Assembly (NCBI GenBank): GCA_047946875.1
Contig: CP181398.1
Location: 649,041 to 713,040, forward strand
Length of the DNA: 64,000 nucleotides
From: Candidatus Kerfeldbacteria bacterium
GTDB lineage: Bacteria > Patescibacteriota > Patescibacteriia > UBA10025 > JAHIVO01
Direction: 5' to 3'
The notes beneath the pieces were generated by a model. It was given only the letters and a program-made list of their open reading frames with translations. It made no database searches and was not told the origin of the DNA. This document shows positions 9,258-18,215 of this stretch, in pieces; within the stretch, counting starts at the first letter, position 1, and every line of letters begins with the position of its first letter. Made by a program: the position numbers and the translations under genes.

Positions 9258-9680
9258 ACACCAATTCTCTAAACACCTTTTTAAATGAAAACTTTTATTA
9301 ATAATGTAGCCATCAATCATATGCTGTTTTAATACCTTTGTCGCCCAAATACGAAATTGCGTAGCGTGTTTAGAATTAACGCGATAACCTACAGAAATAA
9401 TTGCATCAAGATTATATAAATTAACATCACGCTCTATATATCGTTTTCCTTCTTTTTGAACTATCCGGAAATTCCGGATAGTTGCTTTATCTGTTAATTC
9501 ACCTGTTCTATAAATATTTTTTAAATGCTCATTAATCGTACGTACATCTACATCGAAAACTTCAGCGATCTGCTTTTGAGATGCCCAAATAGTCTCTAGA
9601 TTAAAATCTCCACGAAATTCAATTGCTCCAGTTTTAGCCTGGTAAATAACAATATTTTTAATAGATTTATTTTTATTCAT
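9228..9680 (-). CDS. Truncated RhuM-family protein fused to GIY-YIG tail
   Basis: ETIWASQKQIAEVF, YNLDAIISVGYRVNS..ATQFRIWAT; ends LKTRLPYSL. Confidence 0.8.
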   Translation of the reverse strand: MNKNKSIKNIVIYQAKTGAIEFRGDFNLETIWASQKQIAEVFDVDVRTINEHLKNIYRTGELTDKATIRNFRIVQKEGKRYIERDVNLYNLDAIISVGYRVNSKHATQFRIWATKVLKQHMIDGYIINKSFHLKRCLENWCLKTRLPYSL

Positions 9681-9744
9681 ATTATGTTAAAATGGTCTTT
9701 TAATTTTTAGTTCTTCATAATAACTAACCAAATTGATGTTAGGG

Positions 9745-12700
9745 CTAACCTTCCCACTTGTCTTCGCAGATTTCTTTAAAATCACAGGTCTTACACCAGA
9801 AGCCTGGATTTGCCTTAAAATCACTCTTCCTTATTTCCAAGATCTTATCTACTAATTTATCTTTCAATTTATCAAGTTCAGAATCCTTAGCAGTAAATGA
9901 GATCGGTTGATTTGCATTAACATAAAGATAAGTTAACTTAGCTGGTTTTAGTTTAAGAATATCCTTAGCAGCTAATGCATAGATCATCAACTGTTCTTTC
10001 TCATCCACTGACAACTTACCATTTTTTGGAACTTTACCAGTTTTGTAATCTATAATTTCTACTCCAGCGGAGCTGGACCCCGGTTTGCGGGGATCATTTC
10101 CATTAACATCACCAATTGGGTCTACTCTATCTATGACCCCTTTGAATGTATGTTCACCTAGTTTCAAATGAAATGGTTGTTCTAAGAATAATGGTACTGG
10201 AAAATCACCAGCTAATGAATCGTAATACATCTTCAATGACTCTCGACCCTGTTCATAATATTCTTCTTTATGCTGAACTGACAAATACCAATCCTCTATC
10301 CACTCTTGCTCATACAGTCCCATTAGTTCATCAAAACCAATTTTGACTTGGCCTTTGGCTGATCGATCTTGTACCATTTTGAAAAACTTAAATAAGGTAT
10401 TGTGAATTGTCTTACCATAACTAAACATATGCTTACCTTCTACTGGTATACGTAATAGATGTGCGTATTTGAATTGCTTAGGACAATTTTTGAAAGCCCG
10501 AAGTTGAGTATAGCTTGATTTCTCTGGAATTACTTTTCGTAAGTAATCTAACTCTTTAATTTTCTCTTGTTTAACATTATCGGTAGCTTTGAGTCTTTCT
10601 GTCTTATCTACCTCCCCTGTCCCTTTCTTCACTTCGAAACCAGTCTCGATCAAAAATCTGGATGGTTTTTTCTTGCGAGAGCCACCGTAATCATCTGCGG
10701 AAGTAAAATATAATCCCTCCTTAGCTCTGGTCATCGCTACATAGAATAATCGTCTCTCCTCCTGCAAATGAATATCCCCTTCTGGGATAATTTCTTTTAC
10801 CAATTCATCAGGTAGTTCAATCGGCTCTTTTCTTTCTATGGTTGGGAATCTTTTATCAACCAAATTTACTATAAATACATTTTTGAATTCCAATCCCTTA
10901 GCGCCATGAATAGTCATGATCTTAACTGCATCAGGCCCTTCATCCCAAGTTTGATTCATCGATCCAGATTCCCCTGCATCCTGAGATTGCTCAAATTCAT
11001 AAAGAAAATTCTTAACTGACTTATCATCATTAACTGCTTCAAAATCCTCTATCTTCCTGAAGAACTGATTAAGATGAATTATGCGTTCCATATTTTCTGG
11101 ACTATCTTTTGCAGTGATCTCTTTGAAATATCCAGAATCTTTCATAAATCTTAGAGCTACTGATAGTACATTTTTATCTCTAGTTAGCTGGGTATGCTTC
11201 TCTATCATGCCTAAGATTTTCTCAATGACATGATGTCCGCTTGATGAAATGCCAGGAATCCCTCTAACTTGTCCCATTGCTTCAAATAATGACATACGCT
11301 TCATAGCTGCATAACGTGATATAGACATCAGATAATCAGTTGGCAATTTAAACTGCTTAAAATTGAGCACTCTCCACATAGCAGCGCTCTCATGATAGTT
11401 ATCCAACATTTTCATATAGGCTACGATATCCATAATCTCTGGTTGACCATACAAACCTTTGGATGCCAAAAACTGATGCGGTATGTCTAGACGTGATAAT
11501 GAATTTATAAACTCCGCAGCGTATGAATTTGCCCTGATCAGGATAGCAAAATCACTCCATAATAATTTTCCGGCAGAGCCGGATCCCGCTTTGCGGGGCT
11601 TATTTCCAGTTTTCAGTTCTAATATTTTCTTAGTAACTCCACTTGCTTCGTCTAAATACGAATTGAAATGTAGATGCCGAATAACACCATCTTTACCAAT
11701 AGCTGATTTTAGCTTCTTACTTATTTTATTCTTTAGTGGAGCGCCCTTGGGATCTATCTTCCCTTTGGTCAGCTGATACTCAAGACGATTTGGGTCATTC
11801 TGTTTAATAAATTTATATGACAAATCTAGGATATTTTGTTTGGTACGATAATTGTCAGTTAGCACAATCTCATCAGACTCAGGAAAATCTTTTTTAAATT
11901 CCAAAATATTACTAATAGCAGCACCACGAAATTTATAGACAGATTGGTCATCATCCCCTACTACTGTAAGATTATTTTTTGGAGCAGATAATAATTTGAT
12001 TAATTCATACTGTGCGTAATTAGTATCTTGAAACTCGTCTACCAATATGTATTTGAACTGTTCTTGATATTTCTTTAATATTTTTGGACGCGTCTTGAAT
12101 AGCTTAATGGTATAAAGTATCAGATCACCGAAGTCCATGGCACTATTTTCTAACAGCAACTGCTGATAAACCTTGTAAGCATTAGCTACTTCCTGAACTC
12201 TTTTGTCTTCTGAAATTTCTTCGTCAACATCATCCTGACTACTATCTGGCTTTAGCTTATTAGCATATTCAATATATTCATCAGGTAATATGTTCTCATC
12301 TTTGGCTCGAGAAAAATGCCTAACTAAGGCTTGAACAAACTTGGTTGGATTACCTAAAGGACGATAGTAATCAAGATCAAATTTATCAAAATTCTTTTGA
12401 ATTAATAGAACTTGGTCTGTAACACTCAATAATTTAAAGTCAGGCGGTAAGCCAATCTCCAAGGCATTATCTTTCAATATTCTTTCACAAAAAGCATGAA
12501 AGGTAGATACCCAAAGATCAACATATCCCATTGGTAATAATACATCTATCCTCTCTTCCATCTCAGCCGCTGCTTTCTCTGTAAAAGTCAGAGCTAATAG
12601 ATGGTCAGTGTTTATCTTCTTCTCTAATATTAACCAAGCTATTCTCTCTGTAATCACGGTTGTTTTGCCAGTACCCGCTCCTGCTACAATTAGCAAAGGA

Positions 12701-12759
12701 CCCTCACCAAATGTGACGGCTTTTTTCTGGGCAGGATTAAGATTATCAGTAATGTTCAT
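9745..12759 (-). CDS. UvrD/PcrA-family helicase with C-terminal PD-(D/E)XK nuclease
   Basis: AGAGTGKT, LVDEFQD, VGDDDQ, TIHGAKGLEF, YVAMTRA; IDRVD..IIDYKTG; terminal CKTCDFKEIC. Confidence 0.95.
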   Translation of the reverse strand: MNITDNLNPAQKKAVTFGEGPLLIVAGAGTGKTTVITERIAWLILEKKINTDHLLALTFTEKAAAEMEERIDVLLPMGYVDLWVSTFHAFCERILKDNALEIGLPPDFKLLSVTDQVLLIQKNFDKFDLDYYRPLGNPTKFVQALVRHFSRAKDENILPDEYIEYANKLKPDSSQDDVDEEISEDKRVQEVANAYKVYQQLLLENSAMDFGDLILYTIKLFKTRPKILKKYQEQFKYILVDEFQDTNYAQYELIKLLSAPKNNLTVVGDDDQSVYKFRGAAISNILEFKKDFPESDEIVLTDNYRTKQNILDLSYKFIKQNDPNRLEYQLTKGKIDPKGAPLKNKISKKLKSAIGKDGVIRHLHFNSYLDEASGVTKKILELKTGNKPRKAGSGSAGKLLWSDFAILIRANSYAAEFINSLSRLDIPHQFLASKGLYGQPEIMDIVAYMKMLDNYHESAAMWRVLNFKQFKLPTDYLMSISRYAAMKRMSLFEAMGQVRGIPGISSSGHHVIEKILGMIEKHTQLTRDKNVLSVALRFMKDSGYFKEITAKDSPENMERIIHLNQFFRKIEDFEAVNDDKSVKNFLYEFEQSQDAGESGSMNQTWDEGPDAVKIMTIHGAKGLEFKNVFIVNLVDKRFPTIERKEPIELPDELVKEIIPEGDIHLQEERRLFYVAMTRAKEGLYFTSADDYGGSRKKKPSRFLIETGFEVKKGTGEVDKTERLKATDNVKQEKIKELDYLRKVIPEKSSYTQLRAFKNCPKQFKYAHLLRIPVEGKHMFSYGKTIHNTLFKFFKMVQDRSAKGQVKIGFDELMGLYEQEWIEDWYLSVQHKEEYYEQGRESLKMYYDSLAGDFPVPLFLEQPFHLKLGEHTFKGVIDRVDPIGDVNGNDPRKPGSSSAGVEIIDYKTGKVPKNGKLSVDEKEQLMIYALAAKDILKLKPAKLTYLYVNANQPISFTAKDSELDKLKDKLVDKILEIRKSDFKANPGFWCKTCDFKEICEDKWEG
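10063..10092. repeat. 30-bp double-hairpin element in-frame in uvrD
   Basis: TCCAGCGGAGCTGGA+CCCCGGTTTGCGGGG, encodes PRKPGSSSAG. Confidence 0.7.
11569..11598. repeat. 30-bp double-hairpin element in-frame in uvrD
   Basis: TCCGGCAGAGCCGGA+TCCCGCTTTGCGGGG, encodes PRKAGSGSAG. Confidence 0.75.
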
Positions 12760-12786
12760 AACATTATTTTATCAAAAAAACCAACG

Positions 12787-12812
12787 TTTGTCATACATCA
12801 TACCTTGACAAA
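12787..12812. repeat. 26-bp direct repeat copy 1 carrying back-to-back -35 elements
   Basis: TTTGTCATACATCATACCTTGACAAA, identical at 13090-13115. Confidence 0.9.
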
Positions 12813-12871
12813 AAGTATGAAACAGTATACGATCAATTGAAAACATTTTTAATACTGTGGAGGCTGGCATA

Positions 12872-13060
12872 ATGATGATTGATCGGAAACGCTGGAAACA
12901 ACTAATAACCCTAAAAGAAGCAGGGTTGCCTCGACCCACATTTCAAATGTCAGAAAAAGACATTCTATCAGGTGATGATCGCTGGAAAAAATTTTGGGAC
13001 TACTGCATAACCAGCGGTGGACCAATAACCCTACCATTACCGGAGCCTATCAATTTTTGA
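12872..13060 (+). CDS. Small hypothetical protein; cassette gene
   Basis: TTGACA-17-TACGAT, GGAGG SD before ATG 12872, terminator 13045-13072. Confidence 0.65.
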   Translation: MMIDRKRWKQLITLKEAGLPRPTFQMSEKDILSGDDRWKKFWDYCITSGGPITLPLPEPINF

Positions 13061-13089
13061 TAGGTTTTTTTTAATCAAATAATATGTTA

Positions 13090-13115
13090 TTTGTCATACA
13101 TCATACCTTGACAAA
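13090..13115. repeat. 26-bp direct repeat copy 2
   Basis: Identical to 12787-12812. Confidence 0.9.
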
Positions 13116-13206
13116 TAAGTAATCCCGTGATATTATAATTAGTTCATTCAAACTGACGGTGATAATAAAGTCACTGCGGTAAACATCGAATGGACAAGGA
13201 GTTAAC

Positions 13207-13677
13207 ATGTATATTTACATTAAGCCGGAAGCGGTCGAAGAACTGAAAAAGTACTTAGAAGGTCTTGATCAGGTCAAGATTGCCATTGAGTATGGCACGG
13301 AATCGGGTAGGAATTTGATAAGTACCCATCAAAATCCGTTCGGTATTACTTTTTCCATGGTAGATATTCCCGAAGAATTCATCGAAGAGATCACTATCCA
13401 GGACCACCAAATTGATAATGAAAATTGCACCCGGATAGAAGGGATCTACCGACATGAAGGTGCGGTATTGCAGTGCCATTTGCAAATCATATTAACTAAC
13501 AATGGTATGAATGAATGTGCTAGAGATATTATGGTAATCTCTATCACCGCTCCCAACTTGAAATCTCTTCAGACGATTTACACCCAGTTCCGATTGGGAA
13601 AAATTGAACCCGAAGAAAACTGGGAAGTTGACCAAGTAGGTCAAGAAAGTCCTTCTGATGAGGACAAAACAGAATAG
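13207..13677 (+). CDS. Hypothetical protein; cassette gene
   Basis: TTGACA-17-TATTAT, AGTTCATTCAAA, AAGGAG SD, terminator AACCCCG...CGGGGTT 13702-13738. Confidence 0.8.
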   Translation: MYIYIKPEAVEELKKYLEGLDQVKIAIEYGTESGRNLISTHQNPFGITFSMVDIPEEFIEEITIQDHQIDNENCTRIEGIYRHEGAVLQCHLQIILTNNGMNECARDIMVISITAPNLKSLQTIYTQFRLGKIEPEENWEVDQVGQESPSDEDKTE

Positions 13678-13756
13678 CGAATAATCGCACAAAATAGAAT
13701 AACCCCGTTTGTATTTATACACTCGGGGTTAATTTTTTATTCCAAAAAATTGAATA

Positions 13757-13810
13757 AAAAAAAGACCGTCCCCACCATGTTGCATCAGTATGCTACTAGC
13801 GGGAACGGTT
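13757..13810 (-). terminator. Long terminator hairpin of the GC-rich transcript
   Basis: ACCGTTCCC...GGGGACGGT followed by T run on minus strand. Confidence 0.8.
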
Positions 13811-14471
13811 AATCTAATATTCTATAATAATTTTTTGATCTAAACGAATCCAGTGGGAAACGGCATTTGAATGCCTCCGAGGTTTACCCTTTTTTGCTGG
13901 GCCGGCTGTATCTAATGTGTCCCCTACGTATACATTAACGCGGGGTGTGGAAAACAGGACTACGGATCACTAGGTGAATCCGTAAGTGGCCATATACGAC
14001 TTGCGTGTCATAGTAGCTTCCCTTTCGGGGGTCTAACGTATGGGTTTGTGGGCCATGCCGCTCTTTTTTTGGCGGCTGTGTTTCTGTCTTCTTTTTTCCG
14101 GCTGAGGCCAGATAGAGTCTGGCGGCCAGGTGCCGGATTTTTGTTTCAGTCTTCTTTTTGTCGACGAATTGTCGTCGCGCAATGGCCAGCGGCGCTAGCT
14201 TTTTCTTTTTTTTTGAACTACTGCTAGGGTCGCAGGACTACTCGGCGGCGACATACGACGGCCGGGTCGGTGAAAGTTTAATTAAAATGCGCTTTGCGCA
14301 GGTGGTTGCCGAAATTCGGCGATCCTCGGTTGAACATTTTTTTTACTCCTTTCTACCCTGGATGGTCATGTGTTAGGTTAATTCTTTCAATGAACGCGTA
14401 CTACACATATACATGCTCTACCGGTGCCAATTTAGGCGTATTACTCACGGTTATGGCATGTTATTGCGTAA
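13760..14471 (-). ncRNA. Candidate ~700-nt structured RNA, with a 19-aa leader ORF at 14278-14337
   Basis: TTGACA (14501-14506)-17-TAGTAT promoter; GC-rich, more than 10 short hairpins; no long started ORF; terminator. Confidence 0.5.
14278..14337 (-). CDS. 19-aa ORF MFNRGSPNFGNHLRKAHFN with strong SD
   Basis: GAAAGGAG upstream of ATG; lies inside structured transcript. Confidence 0.35.
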   Translation of the reverse strand: MFNRGSPNFGNHLRKAHFN

Positions 14472-14552
14472 CCAATAATACTAGCGCATATTGCATAACT
14501 TGTCAAGGGGTAATATAAAGATATAAAAAAAGCATCTTTTATTCAAAGATGC

Positions 14553-14876
14553 TTATCGTTTTAACAGTCGCTCTAGCTCAACAGACAAAGAATCATCGTA
14601 CTTGCTCACTTTTTCACAAGTAAAATTTTGTCCATTAATCCAACACTTCCAAACTATATTGTTTTCCCAAAATTTACGGTTCTGCTTCCAAATTAAGAAA
14701 AAAGATTTGGCTGTCGGACCCGATTTACAAAGAATACTAATCTTGCCTTTAGCAGTATTACCTGAGCTTTGAATAACTCTTCCATAGAAAGGCTCTCTAT
14801 GTCCATCTATGTAAATCTCTACTACATCCCACATTTTTGGGATATAATCCGGTCCATTTTCATGGAAAGTACGCAT
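14553..14876 (-). CDS. Hypothetical protein; cassette gene
   Basis: TTGACG-17-TAAGCT, GGAGG SD before ATG 14876, terminator 14525-14554. Confidence 0.75.
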   Translation of the reverse strand: MRTFHENGPDYIPKMWDVVEIYIDGHREPFYGRVIQSSGNTAKGKISILCKSGPTAKSFFLIWKQNRKFWENNIVWKCWINGQNFTCEKVSKYDDSLSVELERLLKR

Positions 14877-14999
14877 AATATCCTCCAATGTATAAAAGAT
14901 CATTTTCGATTATAGCTTACATTCTTAAGTAAATATCGTCAATTACAGTTTTTGTAACAAAAAAGACCCTTTAATCTAGAGGGTCTTCAATTCATTAAT

Positions 15000-15281
15000 T
15001 TACATTTCTCCGCCTTCACCTTCAATAGCAGAGCGGAGTGACTCTACCATATCATCGACTCTAGACCTCTTGTCACCAGACATCGCTATATAGTTCTCCT
15101 GATCCATTGCCAAACTCAACCACTCACTTTCATCACTATCTTCTTTAATACCAATCTGCTGGTAAATAGCAATTAATTCCGTTGGATTTTTACCATTTAA
15201 ATTTTCCTTTAGAAATTGAGCCGTGGCAGTAGCTTTTTCCCACATGGCCCTGCCCTCAGGTGATTTCCCAGCTTCACTCAT
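15000..15281 (-). CDS. Hypothetical protein (no SD)
   Basis: MSEAGKSPEG... ORF followed by hairpin 14959-14988. Confidence 0.7.
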   Translation of the reverse strand: MSEAGKSPEGRAMWEKATATAQFLKENLNGKNPTELIAIYQQIGIKEDSDESEWLSLAMDQENYIAMSGDKRSRVDDMVESLRSAIEGEGGEM

Positions 15282-15445
15282 ATATTTAAATATTAGTTTA
15301 TTATAATTTAATTTTAAACCATATATCACTTAATATCAAATCGCCCTTTTACGCTAGGGGTTGACAAATAACAATAAAGGTGATACTATGTTTAGTTAAC
15401 TATTTTTGAAAGAAACTTGAAATAATAATACAAACGGAGGTAACA

Positions 15446-15955
15446 ATGAAGTTACATCACACCATTTTGACCATAATTTTGGTCATCAGTTTAGCAACCT
15501 TCTTTGGTTGCAATGGGGAATCATCAAACATGTCAACTGAAGCTCAGTTGGAAGAAACTATTAGAAACCTTCCTACCGGGTATAACGACATGATGGTTCT
15601 TTATTCGGAAATTCTCAACCTAGAAGATGGTTTTATAAAACTATTGGACAGTTACGATGAATTCCGAGTAACTATGGACTCCATTCGTGCATGTACACCG
15701 GAAGAAGAGCTACTACCGGATTCGATCTATGTGCAGAATGGCAGGTTCAACGACGACATTTTCAGTGTGGAGAACCTTTGGAATAAGAAGGTATACCAGT
15801 ACAACGAAATGGGTGGAGTAATGCATCCTGACAGTTTGATGGCAGGCAATACCGCCATGAACATCGAACTACCGGCTGGTATCAACATCCAAGCCGAAGA
15901 GTCAAAGACTGATGAAGAAAAAGTTCAAAAAATCTTAGAATCATTGAATCAGTAA
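15446..15955 (+). CDS. Putative lipoprotein; first gene of 4-gene cassette
   Basis: Signal peptide with FFGC lipobox-like motif; TTGACA-17-TACTAT; GGAGG SD. Confidence 0.8.
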   Translation: MKLHHTILTIILVISLATFFGCNGESSNMSTEAQLEETIRNLPTGYNDMMVLYSEILNLEDGFIKLLDSYDEFRVTMDSIRACTPEEELLPDSIYVQNGRFNDDIFSVENLWNKKVYQYNEMGGVMHPDSLMAGNTAMNIELPAGINIQAEESKTDEEKVQKILESLNQ

Positions 15956-15974
15956 CAAGAAGGGAGTTCAAAAA

Positions 15975-16451
15975 ATGAGACATGAAAAGTATTTCATCGA
16001 AAGTACTGGCGAAGTTAAACTCGCTAAAATCATTTTCCATGTATTCGGCCTTATTTGCCTGATCGTCTTGCTTAGTTTCGTGGGCAAAGTGGTCTTCTTT
16101 CCAGCGCAAGTAGCGCAGGAAATCGCTGAAGAGACTTTCGACGGTAGTCGGATGATCTATGTCTACGAAGACTTCTTCAACAAGTACGAAGCGGCCAAAG
16201 CAACAGCCATCAAGGTGAAAAATCACCAGAGGGCTCTGGATGACTTCAAATTCGGCCATCCGGACCCGGATAATTGGGATTATAATGATCGTCAAGAGTA
16301 TGATCGTTTATCCTCAATGATTCCAGCCGTGATGAATTTATTGGCCGACCAAGTCGGACAGTATAACGCCGACGCCGCGAAGATCAACCGCGCTTTTCTG
16401 AAAGGCGATAAATTGCCTGACAGTCTGGTCATTGAAGAACTCACGCAATAA
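15975..16451 (+). CDS. Single-TM hypothetical protein (phage-like family)
   Basis: N-terminal TM, YEDFFNKY, QYNADAAKINRAFLKG..LP. Confidence 0.8.
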   Translation: MRHEKYFIESTGEVKLAKIIFHVFGLICLIVLLSFVGKVVFFPAQVAQEIAEETFDGSRMIYVYEDFFNKYEAAKATAIKVKNHQRALDDFKFGHPDPDNWDYNDRQEYDRLSSMIPAVMNLLADQVGQYNADAAKINRAFLKGDKLPDSLVIEELTQ

Positions 16452-16469
16452 CCCAAGGAAGGAAGAAAG

Positions 16470-17048
16470 ATGAAAACGAGAAAAATTCTCATTCTAACTT
16501 GTATGGCTTTGTTCGTCCTGATGGCGAATGGAGTCGTCCTGGCGGATAACGATTTTGAAGCGTCCTCCAAAGCTGTCAGTAGAATTCAGGCTCAGGACCA
16601 ATTGCAAACCGCTCAGAATTTCGAACGGTTATACAATGCGGTCCCGCCACCCGAAATGCAGGACTCCCAGGAACGACGCCAGCTGGTCAAACGGCTGAAT
16701 CGTTTCAATGTTTCTTCAAAGATCAGTTATATTTATCTGATCGACCGGGGAATCATCATGGCCTTCTTTACGGTCAAGGGAAAAGTCAGCTCAGTTAACT
16801 CCATGCTGACCTGCACAAAACAATTGGTTTACGATGGTTACGGTACCAGCTATGGCCGAGGTGGCGTTCACGCGGTTGCTAGTCCTGATCTCGACGGTAG
16901 CTATGGTACCAATGGTAATGGAGTATTCTTCTTCACCGATCTCGATACTTATATCGAATGGAACGGCAAGTACCTACTCTGTGATCAGTACATAAAGCTC
17001 AACCAACCGCCGGTCCTCGTTCTCGAAACTGAGGAAGGAGGCAAATAA
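16470..17048 (+). CDS. Secreted hypothetical protein, paralog of next gene
   Basis: Signal peptide; SQERRQLVKR, KGKVSS, PDLDGSYGTNG, FFFT. Confidence 0.85.
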   Translation: MKTRKILILTCMALFVLMANGVVLADNDFEASSKAVSRIQAQDQLQTAQNFERLYNAVPPPEMQDSQERRQLVKRLNRFNVSSKISYIYLIDRGIIMAFFTVKGKVSSVNSMLTCTKQLVYDGYGTSYGRGGVHAVASPDLDGSYGTNGNGVFFFTDLDTYIEWNGKYLLCDQYIKLNQPPVLVLETEEGGK

Positions 17049-17049
17049 G

Positions 17050-17631
17050 ATGAGATTGAACAAAAATCATATCATCTTCATCGCCATCGCTATGGCTATA
17101 CTCCTTCTGACTATCGGTTGTGGAAAGAATAAAGAATTTTCCAACTCATCCAAAGCCGTCAGTAACATTCAGGCCAAGGACCAGCTGAAAACCGCTGAAA
17201 ATTTCGAACGGTTATACAAAGCGGTCCCACCTCCGGAACTTCAGGATTCCCAAGAACGGCGTCAGCTGGTTAAACGGCTGAACCGATTCAATGTAGCCAA
17301 CAAGATCAGCTTTATCTACATCATTGACTTCGGGAAAATCATTGGATTTTTCACGGTCAAAGGTAAAGTCAGTTCAGTTAACTCTATGTTAACTTGTACT
17401 GAACAGCTGGTTGATGATGGATTTGGGACGGGTACTGGTGAAAATGGACGCGATAATGTCCATATTGTTCCCAGTCCTGATCTTGACGGTAGCTATGGTA
17501 CCAATGGTAAAGGAGTATTCTTCTTTACTGATCTCGATATCTATGTGGAATGGAATGGCACTTATATGCTTTCCGACCAGTACATCAAACTGGATCAACC
17601 ACCGGTCCTTATGCTCAAAGTGAAAGCCTAG
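17050..17631 (+). CDS. Putative lipoprotein, paralog of previous gene
   Basis: TIGC lipobox-like motif; same conserved blocks. Confidence 0.85.
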   Translation: MRLNKNHIIFIAIAMAILLLTIGCGKNKEFSNSSKAVSNIQAKDQLKTAENFERLYKAVPPPELQDSQERRQLVKRLNRFNVANKISFIYIIDFGKIIGFFTVKGKVSSVNSMLTCTEQLVDDGFGTGTGENGRDNVHIVPSPDLDGSYGTNGKGVFFFTDLDIYVEWNGTYMLSDQYIKLDQPPVLMLKVKA

Positions 17632-17668
17632 AGCAAAAGAGGCTAGTTAACATAACGTTCTTTATTAT

Positions 17669-17703
17669 AAAGGTCTGTGCGATACGCTCCACAGACCTTT
17701 TTT
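17669..17703 (+). terminator. Intrinsic terminator
   Basis: AAAGGTCTGTG...CACAGACCTTTTTT. Confidence 0.85.
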
Positions 17704-17761
17704 ATTTGTAAAATTTAAAAAGACTAAGCAATAAAGTTTAGTCTTATATTTTTTTTACCCT

Positions 17762-18190
17762 TTAACTAATGACTTCAAAATCAATTACATCCTTACCATC
17801 TATATTTTCAATTCTAGCTAGAACTTTCTTGATTTCGATATTAGGGAAATCAGTTTTTACTAATTTTTCTGCTATTACCATATCATCAATCTGCTTTTTC
17901 TTTTCTGCTTCAATATCATCGAAGGCATCATGACCACCATAGGCACCACAATCCATATGATGAATGATGTACAGTTGGTCAACACTATGCAGACGATTAG
18001 CAATGTCGATTTGCTTCAATATTAATGGTTTACCATGTTGGTCGTTTTCTACCAAATCTTTGGTAGCTCCAGCCAAGCTGACCATATCATAATCACCCTT
18101 CAAATCATTTGAGATCAAAAAATCTCTAATCGCTGAACGAAAACGATAATCAATACAAACTACAACCAATGCTCTACAATGACCACCCAT
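17762..18190 (-). CDS. Putative beta-class carbonic anhydrase
   Basis: CIDYR and HHMDCGAYG Zn-ligand motifs. Confidence 0.8.
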   Translation of the reverse strand: MGGHCRALVVVCIDYRFRSAIRDFLISNDLKGDYDMVSLAGATKDLVENDQHGKPLILKQIDIANRLHSVDQLYIIHHMDCGAYGGHDAFDDIEAEKKKQIDDMVIAEKLVKTDFPNIEIKKVLARIENIDGKDVIDFEVIS

Positions 18191-18215
18191 AAAATTTTCT
18201 CCTTTTTATTTTTAT

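Noticed and set aside
6678-13115. CRISPR array from the short direct repeats
   Set aside because: Only 2-3 copies, irregular spacing of hundreds to thousands of bp, no cas genes
13757-14471. tmRNA, RNase P, SRP or group I/II intron identity for the GC-rich region
   Set aside because: No tRNA-like ends/T-loop, no GAGGAAAGUC P4 motif, no SRP loop, no intron boundary or domain V motifs visible
14158-14518. Plus-strand ORFs 14158-14376 and 14294-14518
   Set aside because: Promoter, SD and terminator all point to the minus strand; no plus-strand initiation signals
12787-17703. Prophage or classical integron
   Set aside because: No integrase, terminase or structural genes; no attC-like RYYYAAC/GTTRRRY boxes; each unit has its own promoter, unlike integron cassettes
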